A stretch of 64,000 bases of DNA from a plasmid: the sequence record OW969666.1. One strand, written 5' to 3'. Positions 42,362 to 52,965 of this stretch are shown here, one piece after another. The position numbers and the translations under genes were made by a program. The notes under the pieces are model-generated. The model was not told the DNA's origin, ran no database searches, and was given only the letters and a program-made list of their open reading frames with translations. Numbering within the stretch: position 1 is the stretch's first letter; each line of letters starts with the position of its first letter.

Positions 42362-42757
42362 ATGGGAAGAGTCGGTATCTACCTTAAAGATAAAATTGAA
42401 CGCGAGGTTCGCGATATTATTCAACAAGACCTGCAAAACGGTGCCACCGCAGGAGAAGCAAACATGTCAGCCACCTGCAACGAATTAATCAGGCTTGGGC
42501 TTCTGGTTTATAAACGCGATGGCGAGGATGGCAATCATTTCGATATAGAAGGATACCGAAGGGACCTCATAAGAAAAGCAGCAGGTTCACGCGAAGGTAC
42601 AGTTCTTATTGCCACACTACTTGCTGAGATGTATTTAAAAATGACAGGAAAAGATGGCGAAGGAAGGTTGGAAGATACACTTGATATGATTTTAAACGGC
42701 ATAAACACAGCCGAGGATGAGGCGGAAACAAGACACTTCATCAACGAAAAGAAATAA
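42362..42757 (+). CDS. traM: Relaxosome accessory protein TraM (131 aa).
   Basis: MGRVGIYLKDKIEREVRDIIQQDLQNGATAGEANMSATCNELIRLGLLV parallels F TraM MAKVNLYISNDAYEKINAIIEKRRQEGAREKDVSFSATASMLLELGLRV. Confidence 0.75.
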   Translation: MGRVGIYLKDKIEREVRDIIQQDLQNGATAGEANMSATCNELIRLGLLVYKRDGEDGNHFDIEGYRRDLIRKAAGSREGTVLIATLLAEMYLKMTGKDGEGRLEDTLDMILNGINTAEDEAETRHFINEKK

Positions 42758-42789
42758 ATCCACGAGCCGGAAACCCCGGCTCGAATCGA

Positions 42790-43476
42790 TCACTGGGATG
42801 ACTTTTCATCCCACGGAAGGTCACTTTTCTCCACCTCTCTTATTTTTTCCTTCAGAAACACCTCGAACTCCATACAAAGAACTTTAAGCGCCTGCGCATC
42901 CTCGTTCTGGTCAAGTAACCTTTCCGTAAAATAACCCAGCGTATTCATCAGACGGGTAAGCATTTCGTCATTAAGACTACGGTTATGAACCTTCGCCATC
43001 GCCCTGATTTCATCCGCGAGATTCTCAGGAATACGCATGCTGTAGCCAGTTGTTTTCCCTGGAAGTAAAATTCTTTCACCCTCACGCCACACCCACAACT
43101 GCTCCTGTTTGGGCGGGACTTTAACATCTTCCGCAACATCAACGGATTCACCATCAAGTAATTTCCCCAGCCACTCCTCAAATTTCACCGCCAGTGCAAT
43201 GAGACGCTCACCCTCCGCATTTTTAATGACAGGCTTGCCTGGCTGGTAATTCAGCGACAATAAAAGCCTGGCAATAATTTCCTCATTCACGCTTCTGTTG
43301 CCAGCTCTGGCACATATTCTCAGCTCCATAAGCAGATTATCCGGAGCACGCAACCGCCACTCCACCGCTTCACCTGGCTGGAACTTACGTGGACGGCCGC
43401 GACCATCCAACAATTTCTCTTTAACTTTCATAGCTATAGATCCCGGAGGCCATTTCCATACTTTCTGGTCAACCAA
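42790..43476 (-). CDS. Putative transcriptional regulator with two tandem Arc/MetJ-type ribbon-helix-helix repeats (228 aa). Encoded antisense to the tra operon, where traJ/traY would be expected.
   Basis: Two copies of the R-x-P-x-N-L-x(4)-L/I-R-x-x-A-x-x-x-N-R-S-x-N-x-E motif (RAPDNLLMELRICARAGNRSVNEEIIARLL and RIPENLADEIRAMAKVHNRSLNDEMLTRLM). Confidence 0.5.
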   Translation of the reverse strand: MVDQKVWKWPPGSIAMKVKEKLLDGRGRPRKFQPGEAVEWRLRAPDNLLMELRICARAGNRSVNEEIIARLLLSLNYQPGKPVIKNAEGERLIALAVKFEEWLGKLLDGESVDVAEDVKVPPKQEQLWVWREGERILLPGKTTGYSMRIPENLADEIRAMAKVHNRSLNDEMLTRLMNTLGYFTERLLDQNEDAQALKVLCMEFEVFLKEKIREVEKSDLPWDEKSSQ

Positions 43477-43627
43477 GCCTACTCACTTACATATTCGGAT
43501 AAATCTGAATGATTCCAAAAAGTGTGACATGTGTCACAGTTTTTTTTTTTTAGGGTCATGGGAAAATTGCGCCCGCGTAAACAAGCACTTACGCGAGTCA
43601 CTTTTGTTTACTTCGGAGAAAACAATC

Positions 43628-43981
43628 ATGTTAACCAAAGGCAGTGCCCTTAACGTCGGTAAGGGATGGGCGGTAGCGTCTTTATTCCGCAAAGCACGCG
43701 AAAATCGCCAGGCTAAATTTTACTTAAAGTCAGCAGGCGCTTTTTTAATTGCACTTATGGTCACTCACCCGGCATTTGCCGGCGGAACCGACCTTCTTTC
43801 CTCACAGAACACCACGGTTAATTCCACCTTCGGCTCTGGCTCTTCATTGATTAAATGGTTCTATATCGCCGAAATCATCATGGGCCTGTTTATTTACATC
43901 AAGGCCCGCTCACCGCTGGTATTCGTCGGTATCGTAATGGCAATCATCTTTACCCGTGTCGCCTTCGGCATCGCGAGTTAA
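43628..43981 (+). CDS. traA: F-type propilin TraA (117 aa).
   Basis: C-terminal GTDLLSSQNTTVNSTFGSGSSLIKWFYIAEIIMGLFIYIKARSPLVFVGIVMAIIFTRVAFGIAS parallels F pilin GNTTVKATFGKDSSVVKWVVLAEVLVGAVMYMMTKNVKFLAGFAIISVFIAVGMAVVGL. Confidence 0.8.
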   Translation: MLTKGSALNVGKGWAVASLFRKARENRQAKFYLKSAGAFLIALMVTHPAFAGGTDLLSSQNTTVNSTFGSGSSLIKWFYIAEIIMGLFIYIKARSPLVFVGIVMAIIFTRVAFGIAS

Positions 43982-43984
43982 ACG

Positions 43985-44287
43985 ATGAATGGGGAAGAAG
44001 ATAAATATAACTTCCCGGAAACAATGAACCAGCAGGACCGCTATTTTGGCTTGCCAGTTGATGAGTTAATTGTTACCGCACCCCTTCTCATTCTGGGGGT
44101 GCTTAACAATCTGTCAGTTGAACTTGGCGTTATAGCGGGAATCCTCTGGTTCATCGTCAGATATCTGAAAAAAGGGCAGGGGTCGTACTGGTTACTTAAT
44201 TTCTGTTACTGGCACCTGCCATCACTTTTATTCAAAGTAACCTTTCGCCAGATACCTGATTCTAGTTTCCGGCACTGGAGGGCATAG
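43985..44287 (+). CDS. traL: TraL (100 aa), pilus assembly.
   Basis: Order traA-traL-traE-traK-traB. Size and hydrophobic core. Confidence 0.7.
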   Translation: MNGEEDKYNFPETMNQQDRYFGLPVDELIVTAPLLILGVLNNLSVELGVIAGILWFIVRYLKKGQGSYWLLNFCYWHLPSLLFKVTFRQIPDSSFRHWRA

Positions 44288-44292
44288 TTTTC

Positions 44293-44874
44293 ATGAAACT
44301 GAATATTAAAGGAGAGCGCGATAAACAACTCCGCTATGCGTTTATTGGTCTTTCAGCTTTAACTTTACTTATGGGGGCAGGCAACGTACTGACAGGTTCG
44401 CTTGCATGGTATTTTGCCACCACCCAGAAAACCATTACCACACCATTAACATTTAACCGCCCCTTCGCATCAGATTCAAAAGGTGTCGATGCCCCAGGCC
44501 TGACACAATTCGCCGCCTCCTTTATTTACTGGCGACTGAACGTCACCCCGGAAAACATCGACAACAACCAGAAAATGATTCTTGGATTCGTCCCTTCCGA
44601 CGAACGGGACGAACTCAAGAAAGCTCTGGATATTGAAGCTGAACGCATAAGGAAAGCAGGCATCTCCACTCAGTTCGACACGAAAGAAATTCGCGTCATG
44701 GATGATGGCTCCGTGCAGTACAGCGGAGTTCTGAAATCCTCCACCACTAACGGCGTAATCATCACGCCATTAAAAGACCAGGAAAAAACCTACCGCCTGA
44801 AACTGAGTTATGAGAACGGTGTGATTAACCTCCACAGCTTCGAAGAACTCCAGCCGGTATCCACCACCAACTAA
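44293..44874 (+). CDS. traE: TraE (193 aa), pilus assembly.
   Basis: N-terminal TM segment, size and position in operon. Confidence 0.7.
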   Translation: MKLNIKGERDKQLRYAFIGLSALTLLMGAGNVLTGSLAWYFATTQKTITTPLTFNRPFASDSKGVDAPGLTQFAASFIYWRLNVTPENIDNNQKMILGFVPSDERDELKKALDIEAERIRKAGISTQFDTKEIRVMDDGSVQYSGVLKSSTTNGVIITPLKDQEKTYRLKLSYENGVINLHSFEELQPVSTTN

Positions 44875-44885
44875 CAGGACTGCCC

Positions 44886-45626
44886 ATGAAATTTCGTATT
44901 TCACCGGCAGCTGCTGCTGTGTTTCTGGCAGCGGGATTATTTAACAGCGGCCTCCGGGCCGCTTCCGCACCCGCAGCCATTCCGTTTGAGAACGACGCCG
45001 CCTTTAACGTCACTCTCAGCAACACCAACCCGAGCAAGGTTGTTGTCGACGGAGAACTCATTACCAGCATCAGCGGACCAACCGGTGCCTATGACCAGAG
45101 CCAGACCGACGACGGAGCACTCATTCTGTCTCCACTTGTCAGCCAGAACTTCACGCTGTTTATTCAGACCGATCGCGGCTCATCCCTGAGCCTTAACATC
45201 AGGCCGCAGCCAGGTAACGGGAAAACACTGCGCTTCACTCCGATGTCGCCACCACTTCGCAAGAACGACGATGCGAAGACATGGGAAGAAGGGCAGACCT
45301 ACGAAAAAACACTGGTCGCACTGTCCCGCGCCGTAGTCAACGGTCAGGTGCCGGACGACTACCAGGAGTATCCGGTCAGCCGCATGCCTGCATACACACC
45401 CGCCAGTGATGTACGCCTGACACCGGAACGCCAGTTTGTTGGTAACCACCTGCGCGTTGTGCGCTACCGGATGAGCAACCCTGGCAGCATCACCCGCAGC
45501 CTGCGCGAGCGCGATTTCTGGCACAAGGGCGTCCGGGCCGTGATGCTGTCGCAGAACCAGCTTTATGCCGGTGGCGAAGGCTACGCCTGGATTGTGTTTT
45601 CAGATGACGGAGACACCCGCCCATGA
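44886..45626 (+). CDS. traK: TraK (246 aa), secretin-like periplasmic protein.
   Basis: Signal peptide, size and position in operon. Confidence 0.7.
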   Translation: MKFRISPAAAAVFLAAGLFNSGLRAASAPAAIPFENDAAFNVTLSNTNPSKVVVDGELITSISGPTGAYDQSQTDDGALILSPLVSQNFTLFIQTDRGSSLSLNIRPQPGNGKTLRFTPMSPPLRKNDDAKTWEEGQTYEKTLVALSRAVVNGQVPDDYQEYPVSRMPAYTPASDVRLTPERQFVGNHLRVVRYRMSNPGSITRSLRERDFWHKGVRAVMLSQNQLYAGGEGYAWIVFSDDGDTRP

Positions 45627-46120
45627 GTCTGAATAAAAACCTGAAAACCCGGCGCAAACAGCTGGCCATTCTTGCCGCCGTTATCACGGGAGGCGCCGCC
45701 GCCACGAGCGGCGTTATCTGGTACGGGCAACATCAGCAGGAACAGAAACAGCCCGCGCCGGTCGCCACCCCAAACATGACCGGTGTGGTCACGGCAGCGT
45801 TTAACCAGCAGGTTAATGATGCCGCACTGGCACAGCAGCAGGCCAAGACCTCCGCACTTGAGGACAGGCTCGCCACGCTCACCCAGCAGTTTGCACAGAA
45901 CAAGCTCACCACCGAGCAACAACTGGCCAAAAAGGATGAAGAAATTCAGCGCCTGAATGACCAGCTAACGAAAGCCCCCGGCAGCAAAACGACCACTGGC
46001 CAGCAGACACCACCTGCCGGACAGAACGGAACACCACTCCCCGGTCCCGTTGCTGCCGGTCAGGCCCGGCCAGTGGCTGGATGCGGAGTTCAGCGCCATT
46101 TCGGATGCCGTTCTTCGTGA
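45623..46120 (+). pseudogene. traB: TraB, N-terminal about 150 codons only. The conserved C-terminal domain is missing (deletion or frame loss near 46080).
   Basis: N-terminal TM segment plus Gln/Pro-rich coiled-coil region typical of F TraB. The ORF ends at 165 aa against about 475 aa expected. Confidence 0.65.
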
Positions 46121-46170
46121 TGGGCGCCAGCCACATTCCGGCGACACCATTAACTAAGGAGGCACTGCAT

Positions 46171-46659
46171 ATGTCGTATAAAACCAGGCTGGATGTTATC
46201 GAAGAAGACCTGAACAAATGGCGTGCCGGGAAAAAGATTTACAAGTACCGGCGGTTTTTGATGCCCACAGCGCTCGCACTTCTGCCTTGCAGTATTTTTC
46301 TCTACGGTGTTTTTCATAATAAGGCTGTATTTGTCGTTCTGGGCTTCATGCTCGCCTTCCTCCTGTTCCGGCTCTTTACAGGAAAAGAAGATACCCCGGA
46401 CACCTGGGAGGATCGAATCAATCAGGCATTGCTGTCCTACAGCCCAATGAATCAGGACGCGTTCGAAAAACTGTGCCGCACCGTAAATGAGAAGAGGGCA
46501 ATAGAGCCTGATGATGTTGCTGTATGGCTCAAGGACGAAAAAGAAGCACGTGCGCTTTTCAGGCGTCAGCGAGATGAACGGCAACGCTACAGTTTCACTA
46601 AATGGCTGGATAAACGGGAGTCTGACCAGAAAGCTGAATGTAATGAGGAGGACAAATGA
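46171..46659 (+). CDS. Hypothetical membrane protein (162 aa).
   Basis: Two TM segments, then a Lys/Glu-rich tail. RBS AAGGAGGCACTGCATATG. Confidence 0.4.
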   Translation: MSYKTRLDVIEEDLNKWRAGKKIYKYRRFLMPTALALLPCSIFLYGVFHNKAVFVVLGFMLAFLLFRLFTGKEDTPDTWEDRINQALLSYSPMNQDAFEKLCRTVNEKRAIEPDDVAVWLKDEKEARALFRRQRDERQRYSFTKWLDKRESDQKAECNEEDK

Positions 46660-47009
46660 AGCGCACAACCGCAGTTGTGCTGATTCAGTACCCCTCATCT
46701 TGCTACCGCCGGGATGGGCAGCGCACTGGACTCTTTATTTGGGTCTGCGACCGGGCGCGGTGAAGAAAGCTTCCAGGTGGCAAAGAAAAAGGCCCTCGCT
46801 GATAAAGACCCCTGGCATGCCTGGCTGGAATTGTCTGCCAGTGACCCGGGCGATATCTCCAGCGATATCCGAGAACAATACAGCGAGCTGGCAGCTTCAC
46901 TGGTTCTGAGCGCAACCCGGAAAAATAACGGTCAACGTAATTAATTTGTACCAGAACCTTCTCATTCGTTTTTCACCACAACCCTGAAATTCCAACCGGA
47001 GTTACCCCC

Positions 47010-47243
47010 ATGAAAAAACTACTGGGTGCTGCACTGCTGTGCAGCGCACTGACCGGCTGCGCCGGTCTCAATTCTGATTTCGACTGTAACAAGACCGCGA
47101 CCGATCAGTGCCTGACCACCGGTGAGGCCAATAAGCTGGACACGGACGATAACTTTCATCAGCCGGCTGTGGTCGAGTTCGTGAAAAACAAATCCCACTG
47201 GGATGAAGAAAGCTACCGCGTTATCGGGGAGGGTGGGGAATGA
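47010..47243 (+). pseudogene. traV: TraV lipoprotein remnant (77 aa against about 171 aa in F).
   Basis: Lipobox LTGCAG. CAGLNSDFDCNKTATDQCLTTGEANKLD and DNFHQPAVVEFV parallel F TraV CAGTSTEFECNATTSDTCMTMEQANEKA and DVYHQPSSVFFV. The central region is absent. Confidence 0.6.
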
Positions 47244-47494
47244 GCAGCCACTACGTTTCCGGCAGGAACGGCATCGATCATCCGGTGAAATCATTCACCC
47301 ATACACGGAAAGGAACGGCGCAAATCACCGCCACACAGTCAGTCGATACCGACGATGAAACGCTGGCCGTTCTGAGCGTGAGCTGTGGTTGGCAGATTAA
47401 GACTGCCGGTGATGCAGCGCACACCGGGCAGATGAACGAAGAGAAACTGCGTCGCCTGGAATTAATCCGGGCCGCTGCGGAGGGTCGAAAATGA
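47240..47494 (+). CDS. Hypothetical protein (84 aa).
   Basis: ORF only. Confidence 0.25.
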   Translation: MSSHYVSGRNGIDHPVKSFTHTRKGTAQITATQSVDTDDETLAVLSVSCGWQIKTAGDAAHTGQMNEEKLRRLELIRAAAEGRK

Positions 47495-47545
47495 GTTTTG
47501 TCGACAACCTGATGGATATGCTGAAAAACGGGAAAGAGGAAGACG

Positions 47546-50500
47546 GTGCCGCTACGGCCCGCGAGAATCTTTCCCAGACAGCCGGTCTGGCTCGACAGCA
47601 AAACGCGCCGCATGCCCGGTTCATACCGTCCCGGCATGGTGCTTGAAGATCGCGCGGACGCAAAAGAGCGTAAGTCCTATGTGATTGACCGGGTGCATGA
47701 GGATACGCGAGTCCTCTCGCTCATCGATGGTGATGGCGTGCTGACCCGGATGAAAATCGGTGATATCAGCGCTGACTGGCGTCTCTTCAGCCGTGAAACC
47801 CTCAGCGTGGCCACCGGCGAAAAACTGCTGTCCGTGGCGGGCGACCGCGAGCACAGCCTGAAGGCCAAAGATCGTCTTGAGGTGACCGGGATAAGTGAAA
47901 AGGGGATTGAGGTGAAACGGGGGGAAGACACCCTGACGCTGCCAAAAGACCAGCCGCTCTATCTGTCACATGCTTACGTGACCGCGCCGGGTGGACGGGA
48001 TAACGACACCGGGGTGGTCCTGGCCGCGCTGAACAGCCGCGACATATCGACCCAGACCATGAACTCATTGGCACAGAGTGGCCACCGGGCGGAAGTGTTC
48101 ACAGCCGAAGTACAGGACCGGGCTGAAGCCCGGCTGCAGCGCATGAAGACAAATGCCTCTCCCGTGCAGCTGGTCAGAAACCTGAGCGGTCACCAGGACA
48201 TCAGTCAGGCGGTTGATTCACTACATGACAGAGTCCGGACTGACGCGGGCCTGGCCGTCTGGCGTGCCATTAACGACCAGCGCACCGTGGTGATCAGCGA
48301 GCTTAAGCTGGCGACGGAAGCGCAGAAATATCATCCCGACCTTGAAGCCATCGGGAATGAAATTGGCGCGATGATTAAAAATGGCGAGCTGTTGTCCGTA
48401 TCCGCAGGGGGAGAGCCGGTACTGGTTTCCCGGTCCACCTGGGAGATGGAGAAAGCCATTCTGCGTGTGGTGGAGGAAGGGAAAGGTACGCAGCAGCCGT
48501 TGCTGGAACAGGTACCGGAGGCCGTGCTGAACGGCCTGACGGATGGACAGAAAAAGGCGACCACCCTGGTGCTGGGTACCACGGATCAGTTTATCGGGAT
48601 TCAGGGCTATGCTGGCGTGGGGAAAACCACTCAACTGAAGGCGGTGATATCTGCACTGGAGACCCTACCGGCGGACGTTCGTCCGGTGATGACGGGGCTT
48701 GCTCCTACGCACCAGGCGGTGAAAGAAATGAGCGACGTCGGTGTCCGGGCGCAGACCATCAAATCCTTTGTCGTTGAGCATGACCAGGCGACGGCCGGAG
48801 GCGGGAAGCCTGACTATAAAGGACAGGTGTTTCTTATCGATGAGTCATCAATGGCAGGCAACCAGGATACGGCGGCACTGTTCCAGGCCATTGCCAGCGG
48901 CGGCGGACGTGCAGTCTCGATGGGGGATATCGACCAGTTTGAAGCGGTCGACGTGGGCGCGCCGTTTAAGCTGATGCAGGAGCGCAGCCCGATGGATGTG
49001 GCCATCATGAAGCAAATCGTCCGTCAGAAAGACCTGCAGCTGCGCGGCGCCGTTCACGACATCATTGATAACCGGATCGATGCGGCCCTGCAGCGGATTG
49101 AAACCCAGCCGGCTGACCGCGTGGCGCGTAGCGCTTCAGCCGCGCTCCCGGAGAGTGCGATTCAGGAAACGGAAACGCCTGTTAACGACATCGTGGCTGA
49201 CTGGAAGGACCGGACACCGGAGGCGCGGTCCCGTACGCTCATCATTGCGCAGCTGAACGCCGACCGTAAGGCGATAAATGCCGGCATCCATGCCACGCTG
49301 GCAGCGCGGGGAGAACTGGGGGAGAAGGCCATTAAGGTGCCTGTGCTCGATAAAATCACCCATACCCGCCATGCGTTCAATAAAACAGAGGCCTGGGAGC
49401 CGGGAATGGTGGTTAAACGCGGTGACCGCTACCAGGATGTGGTGGCCGTTGACCGTAACGGCAGCACGGTGACGGTACGTGATGAGGAAGGGAAGATTGC
49501 TCTGGTTTCACCGAAGGAGCTGATCACCGGTGACGTGCAGCTGTTTCGCCGCAGCGAGATGGAAGTCCGTTCCGGCGATCTGCTTAAGTTCACGGCGACC
49601 GATCGCGAACAGGGGCAGATGGCCAACCAGCGCTATACGGTGGAGTCGGTCAGCGAGGAGGGGAATATCCGTCTGAAGGGGGAGAACGGTCGCGTCACCA
49701 TCAATCCGGAGAAGGTCCGGGCGCAGCAGCATCTCGACTACGGCTGGGCCGTCACCGGCTACGGCGCACAGGGGGCCAGTAGCGATTATGTCATTGCGCT
49801 TGAGGGCACGAAAGACGGACGTAAGGCACTGGCTTCCCGTCGTGCCTTCTACATTTCAGCCTCACGCGTGAAAGAGCACGTCCAGATATACACCGACGGG
49901 AAAGCGGACTGGGTTAAGGCGGTAAAAACGCCGGAGCGTGATATCAAAACGGCGCACGATGCGCTGGCACCAGAAACGCAGCGCAAACAGGCGAAAGCCA
50001 TCTGGGCAATGGGGCAGCCGGTGAATAAAACGGCCATCGGTCGCGCCTGGGTGCGCCATCAGGGCATGCAGGATGCGTCACTGACGGCAAAAATCATCCC
50101 GGCCACCCGGCGCTTTCCTGAACCGGCGCTGGCGCTGCCGGTGTATGACAACAATGGCAGGAGTGCGGGCCTGGCCCTGGTTTCCCTGGTTGCCAGCCCG
50201 GAAGGACGGATGACGCAGGGTGAGACCCGGATGGTCATGACAGAACGCGCCCGTGGCGCCGTGCTGCAGCGGAGTCAGTCCGGAAACACGATAGTGGCCA
50301 GCGACCTGACGGCTGCACTCGATGCAGTACGAAATAATCCAAAGGACGGCGTGGTCTGGCAAACCGGTGATGAACCACCTTCAGCATGGCTGCTTAAGGT
50401 AAGCGGTGGGACAAAACAGGATGTGTCACCAGGTATTGTCTCCACGCTGACGGACGAACAGAGCGTACAGCAGCTGCGTGAGCAAATGCTGGCAGACCTG

Positions 50501-50881
50501 GTTCGCAATGAAGAAGCCAGTCGGAGCAGGCAGCCGGAGTCGTTGCTAGCGGAAGTTCCACAGGAAGAGGTGATCAGACTGAAACCGGAAGACATTAACC
50601 CGCGTAAACCGGAACCACTCAACCCAGATGCAGATGTAATCGCCAGGGTGAGAGGTGAGGAAAACACCGATGGACGGGAAATAAAAGCCGCTGCAGGCGT
50701 CAGAAGTGAGCTGGAAGGTGCTGACAAGGCATCCGGTGAACAGTCGCGGGCATCGCGTGTGATTGCAGATCTGGCAAACGCGGAACGCGACATGCTCAGG
50801 GCGGCAGAAAATACTGAACGCGGCCGCACGCCGGAGCGTGAAGAACAGACTCTCACCCGAACCATTCAGAAAGAACGTTAA
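47546..50881 (+). pseudogene. traI: TraI relaxase-helicase, helicase/C-terminal portion only (about 1080 codons). The N-terminal relaxase (trans-esterase) domain is absent.
   Basis: RecD-like helicase motifs IQGYAGVGKTTQ (Walker A) and FLIDESSM (Walker B), AVTGYGAQG, plus a long acidic C-terminus as in F TraI. No HUH/relaxase motifs upstream. The frame opens only at 47546. Confidence 0.8.
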
Positions 50882-50908
50882 TCCCCTTTTGACCATGAGA
50901 ATCAATCT

Positions 50909-51694
50909 ATGAAAGCAAACAAATTAACTGCATTAATAGTTACAACATACATTGGCTTTGTTTCAATGGCACACGCTTCGGCCCCTCAGGCGGTATTCAG
51001 TCCGGAGCAGGAGGCTCGTATCGGAGAAATCGCTGCCGACTATCTGATCTCCCACCCGGAGATTCTCGTGACGGTCAGTCAAAAGCTGCAGGAACAGCAG
51101 GAGGTACGTAAGCAGAAAATGTTTGCACTCAGCGTGATGGAGAATCAGGCGAACCTTCTGCATGATCCGGACACACCGGCTTACGGGCCTGAAAATGCAA
51201 AAGTCGCGGTGATTGAATTCTTTGATTACCAGTGCGTGTTCTGCAGCCGCTTTGCGCCGGAGCTGGAGAAGGTTATGAAAGCGCAGCCGGACGTCCGCTA
51301 CCACTTTAAGGAGTGGCCAATTTTTGGTGGTCGCTGGGAAGCTTCATTTCAGGCAGCACAGCAGGGGCTGACGGTCTGGCAAAAGAAAGGGCCGCAGGCC
51401 TATGTCACCTATCACAATGCCATCTACGCCACCGGTCATAATGAAGGCAAACTGACGGCGGAGGATATTCACGGAGCAGCGTCAAAGGCGGGACTGACCA
51501 CCCCAGCTCCTGGCGACCATACCGCATCCCTGGAGAAAAACAGTAACCTGGCTGAGGCGCTGGGACTCACCGGAACGCCGGGGATCATCGTCATGCCCGT
51601 TAGCGGAGCGACTCCTGATACCATCACGGTTTTCCCGGAAGCCGTAACCGCTGAAAGACTCCAGGCAGCAATCCTGAAAGCCACGGCCAGATAG
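50909..51694 (+). CDS. DsbA-family thiol:disulfide oxidoreductase (261 aa, signal peptide, CxxC).
   Basis: Thioredoxin-fold active site FFDYQCVFCSRF. N-terminal signal MKANKLTALIVTTYIGFVSMAHA. Confidence 0.7.
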   Translation: MKANKLTALIVTTYIGFVSMAHASAPQAVFSPEQEARIGEIAADYLISHPEILVTVSQKLQEQQEVRKQKMFALSVMENQANLLHDPDTPAYGPENAKVAVIEFFDYQCVFCSRFAPELEKVMKAQPDVRYHFKEWPIFGGRWEASFQAAQQGLTVWQKKGPQAYVTYHNAIYATGHNEGKLTAEDIHGAASKAGLTTPAPGDHTASLEKNSNLAEALGLTGTPGIIVMPVSGATPDTITVFPEAVTAERLQAAILKATAR

Positions 51695-51794
51695 AGGATT
51701 TCAATTTCCTGTTTGCTGTGCCAGCCACATATGCAACCAACTTTTTTTAGCATATAGTTAAGTTCAGTAGTAAAATGCAGCGCCTCGTCGAGAG

Positions 51795-52346
51795 ATGATG
51801 ATTATGGAGTCCGTCGTCGTGAAATTTAAAATCCAGCACTTGCAGGCCGCAGTGGCACTGGTTCTTGCCAGTTTCCAGCCGCAACCCAAAGCGGTTGCGT
51901 GTCAGCCTACGATTGTTGAACGGGTTTACGAAATGGGCTCCAGAGTCAACAAAACCGATATCAGCGAGCTCACTGTTGCTCTCAATGACGTAGCTGAAGA
52001 ATTACGCTCAAGTCGCATTGAGCTGGCCCGGTATGCAGACAGCGATTTCTCCGGCGCTATCAAAGTCGCCAGCGACATCAGAAATCATACTATCCATGTC
52101 GCAGGTATCGCAGAGTCCTTTGTTCTGATGTTGCCGGAAAAAAACATCATTCAGTCGTATGACAGGAATTCTGTTGAGTTTGCGTTCTTTAAGGCCATTA
52201 AGATGGTCAGTCTTGCGACCAAAAACTACCTTAGTCTGATTGATCAAATCACGCGAACGACAGAAGTGCGTGACTCTGGAATCAACCTCTCGGCCATGAA
52301 TCACCTGCTGGATTCAGGCGACAGGGCTGCGGCCAAATGGCGTTAA
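51795..52346 (+). CDS. Hypothetical protein. Candidate antitoxin or partner of the downstream YafO-like toxin. 183 aa if it starts at 51795; a later start is possible.
   Basis: Overlaps the downstream gene start by 10 bp. Confidence 0.35.
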   Translation: MMIMESVVVKFKIQHLQAAVALVLASFQPQPKAVACQPTIVERVYEMGSRVNKTDISELTVALNDVAEELRSSRIELARYADSDFSGAIKVASDIRNHTIHVAGIAESFVLMLPEKNIIQSYDRNSVEFAFFKAIKMVSLATKNYLSLIDQITRTTEVRDSGINLSAMNHLLDSGDRAAAKWR

Positions 52347-52753
52347 CGGCTGAGTACAGTCATGTCACGTGGGATTCGTTTTTCCAGCCCACGTTTGCCG
52401 TTTACCCTGAGCTGGAGAGTCAGCTACAGGCAGAGTTCATCACGTATAAATCAACTGGCGCACCGTCGAATCTCCTTGGAAGGGACGCCCCCTTTGATTT
52501 CCCGCCATTCGCTGTCGATGCTAACGTCCAGCATATTCACGTTAATCTGCATTTCCAGCTCACCTGGAGTGCCAGACAAGAGAATTACAACCGTACCTCA
52601 GATCATTATCTCATTTACACAGAACACATGTGGGATAGCGGCCGCTTTCTGCTGATGGGGCTGATAACACCGGCTCATGAACGTATGCCAGCGAGAGATA
52701 CCCGGTTACTCAGCTACTTTTCTGAAGTTGCAGAAGATTTTCACGCTTCATAA
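52337..52753 (+). CDS. YafO-like type II toxin (ribosome-dependent mRNA interferase family), 138 aa.
   Basis: GRDAPFDFPPF...QHIHVNLHF...RTSDHYLIYTEHMWDSGRFLLMGLITPAHERMPARD is colinear with E. coli YafO (GRDALYDD...AHIHLANENN...RTSDAHLVYCQG...WLLIAILKPEPHKLARD). Confidence 0.55.
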   Translation: MALTAEYSHVTWDSFFQPTFAVYPELESQLQAEFITYKSTGAPSNLLGRDAPFDFPPFAVDANVQHIHVNLHFQLTWSARQENYNRTSDHYLIYTEHMWDSGRFLLMGLITPAHERMPARDTRLLSYFSEVAEDFHAS

Positions 52754-52965
52754 CCCTCAAAATCACATATGGTACCCGGCGAAAGAACGAAAAGGACCGG
52801 CCATCCCGCATATCCAAACCACCCCGGTTCAGAAGGGGAAGCAGGATAACCGGCAGACCTACTTTAACGGAAGTTCCACTGTTGAACCATTCGAGAAAAT
52901 CGCGCAGCCTGCGAGCATCTTTGCACACTATCTTGTTAACTTATCATCTTGGTATGTTATTAAGT

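Noticed and set aside
46714-46944. 76-aa ORF between the traB remnant and traV, considered as trbD/trbG.
   Set aside because: No recognisable similarity. It lies in a rearranged stretch. Left unannotated as a gene, with only low-confidence mention.
48221-50865. Multiple 60-200 aa ORFs antisense to traI.
   Set aside because: Embedded in a gene with strong helicase motifs on the other strand. Serine/arginine-rich compositions typical of GC-rich antisense frames.
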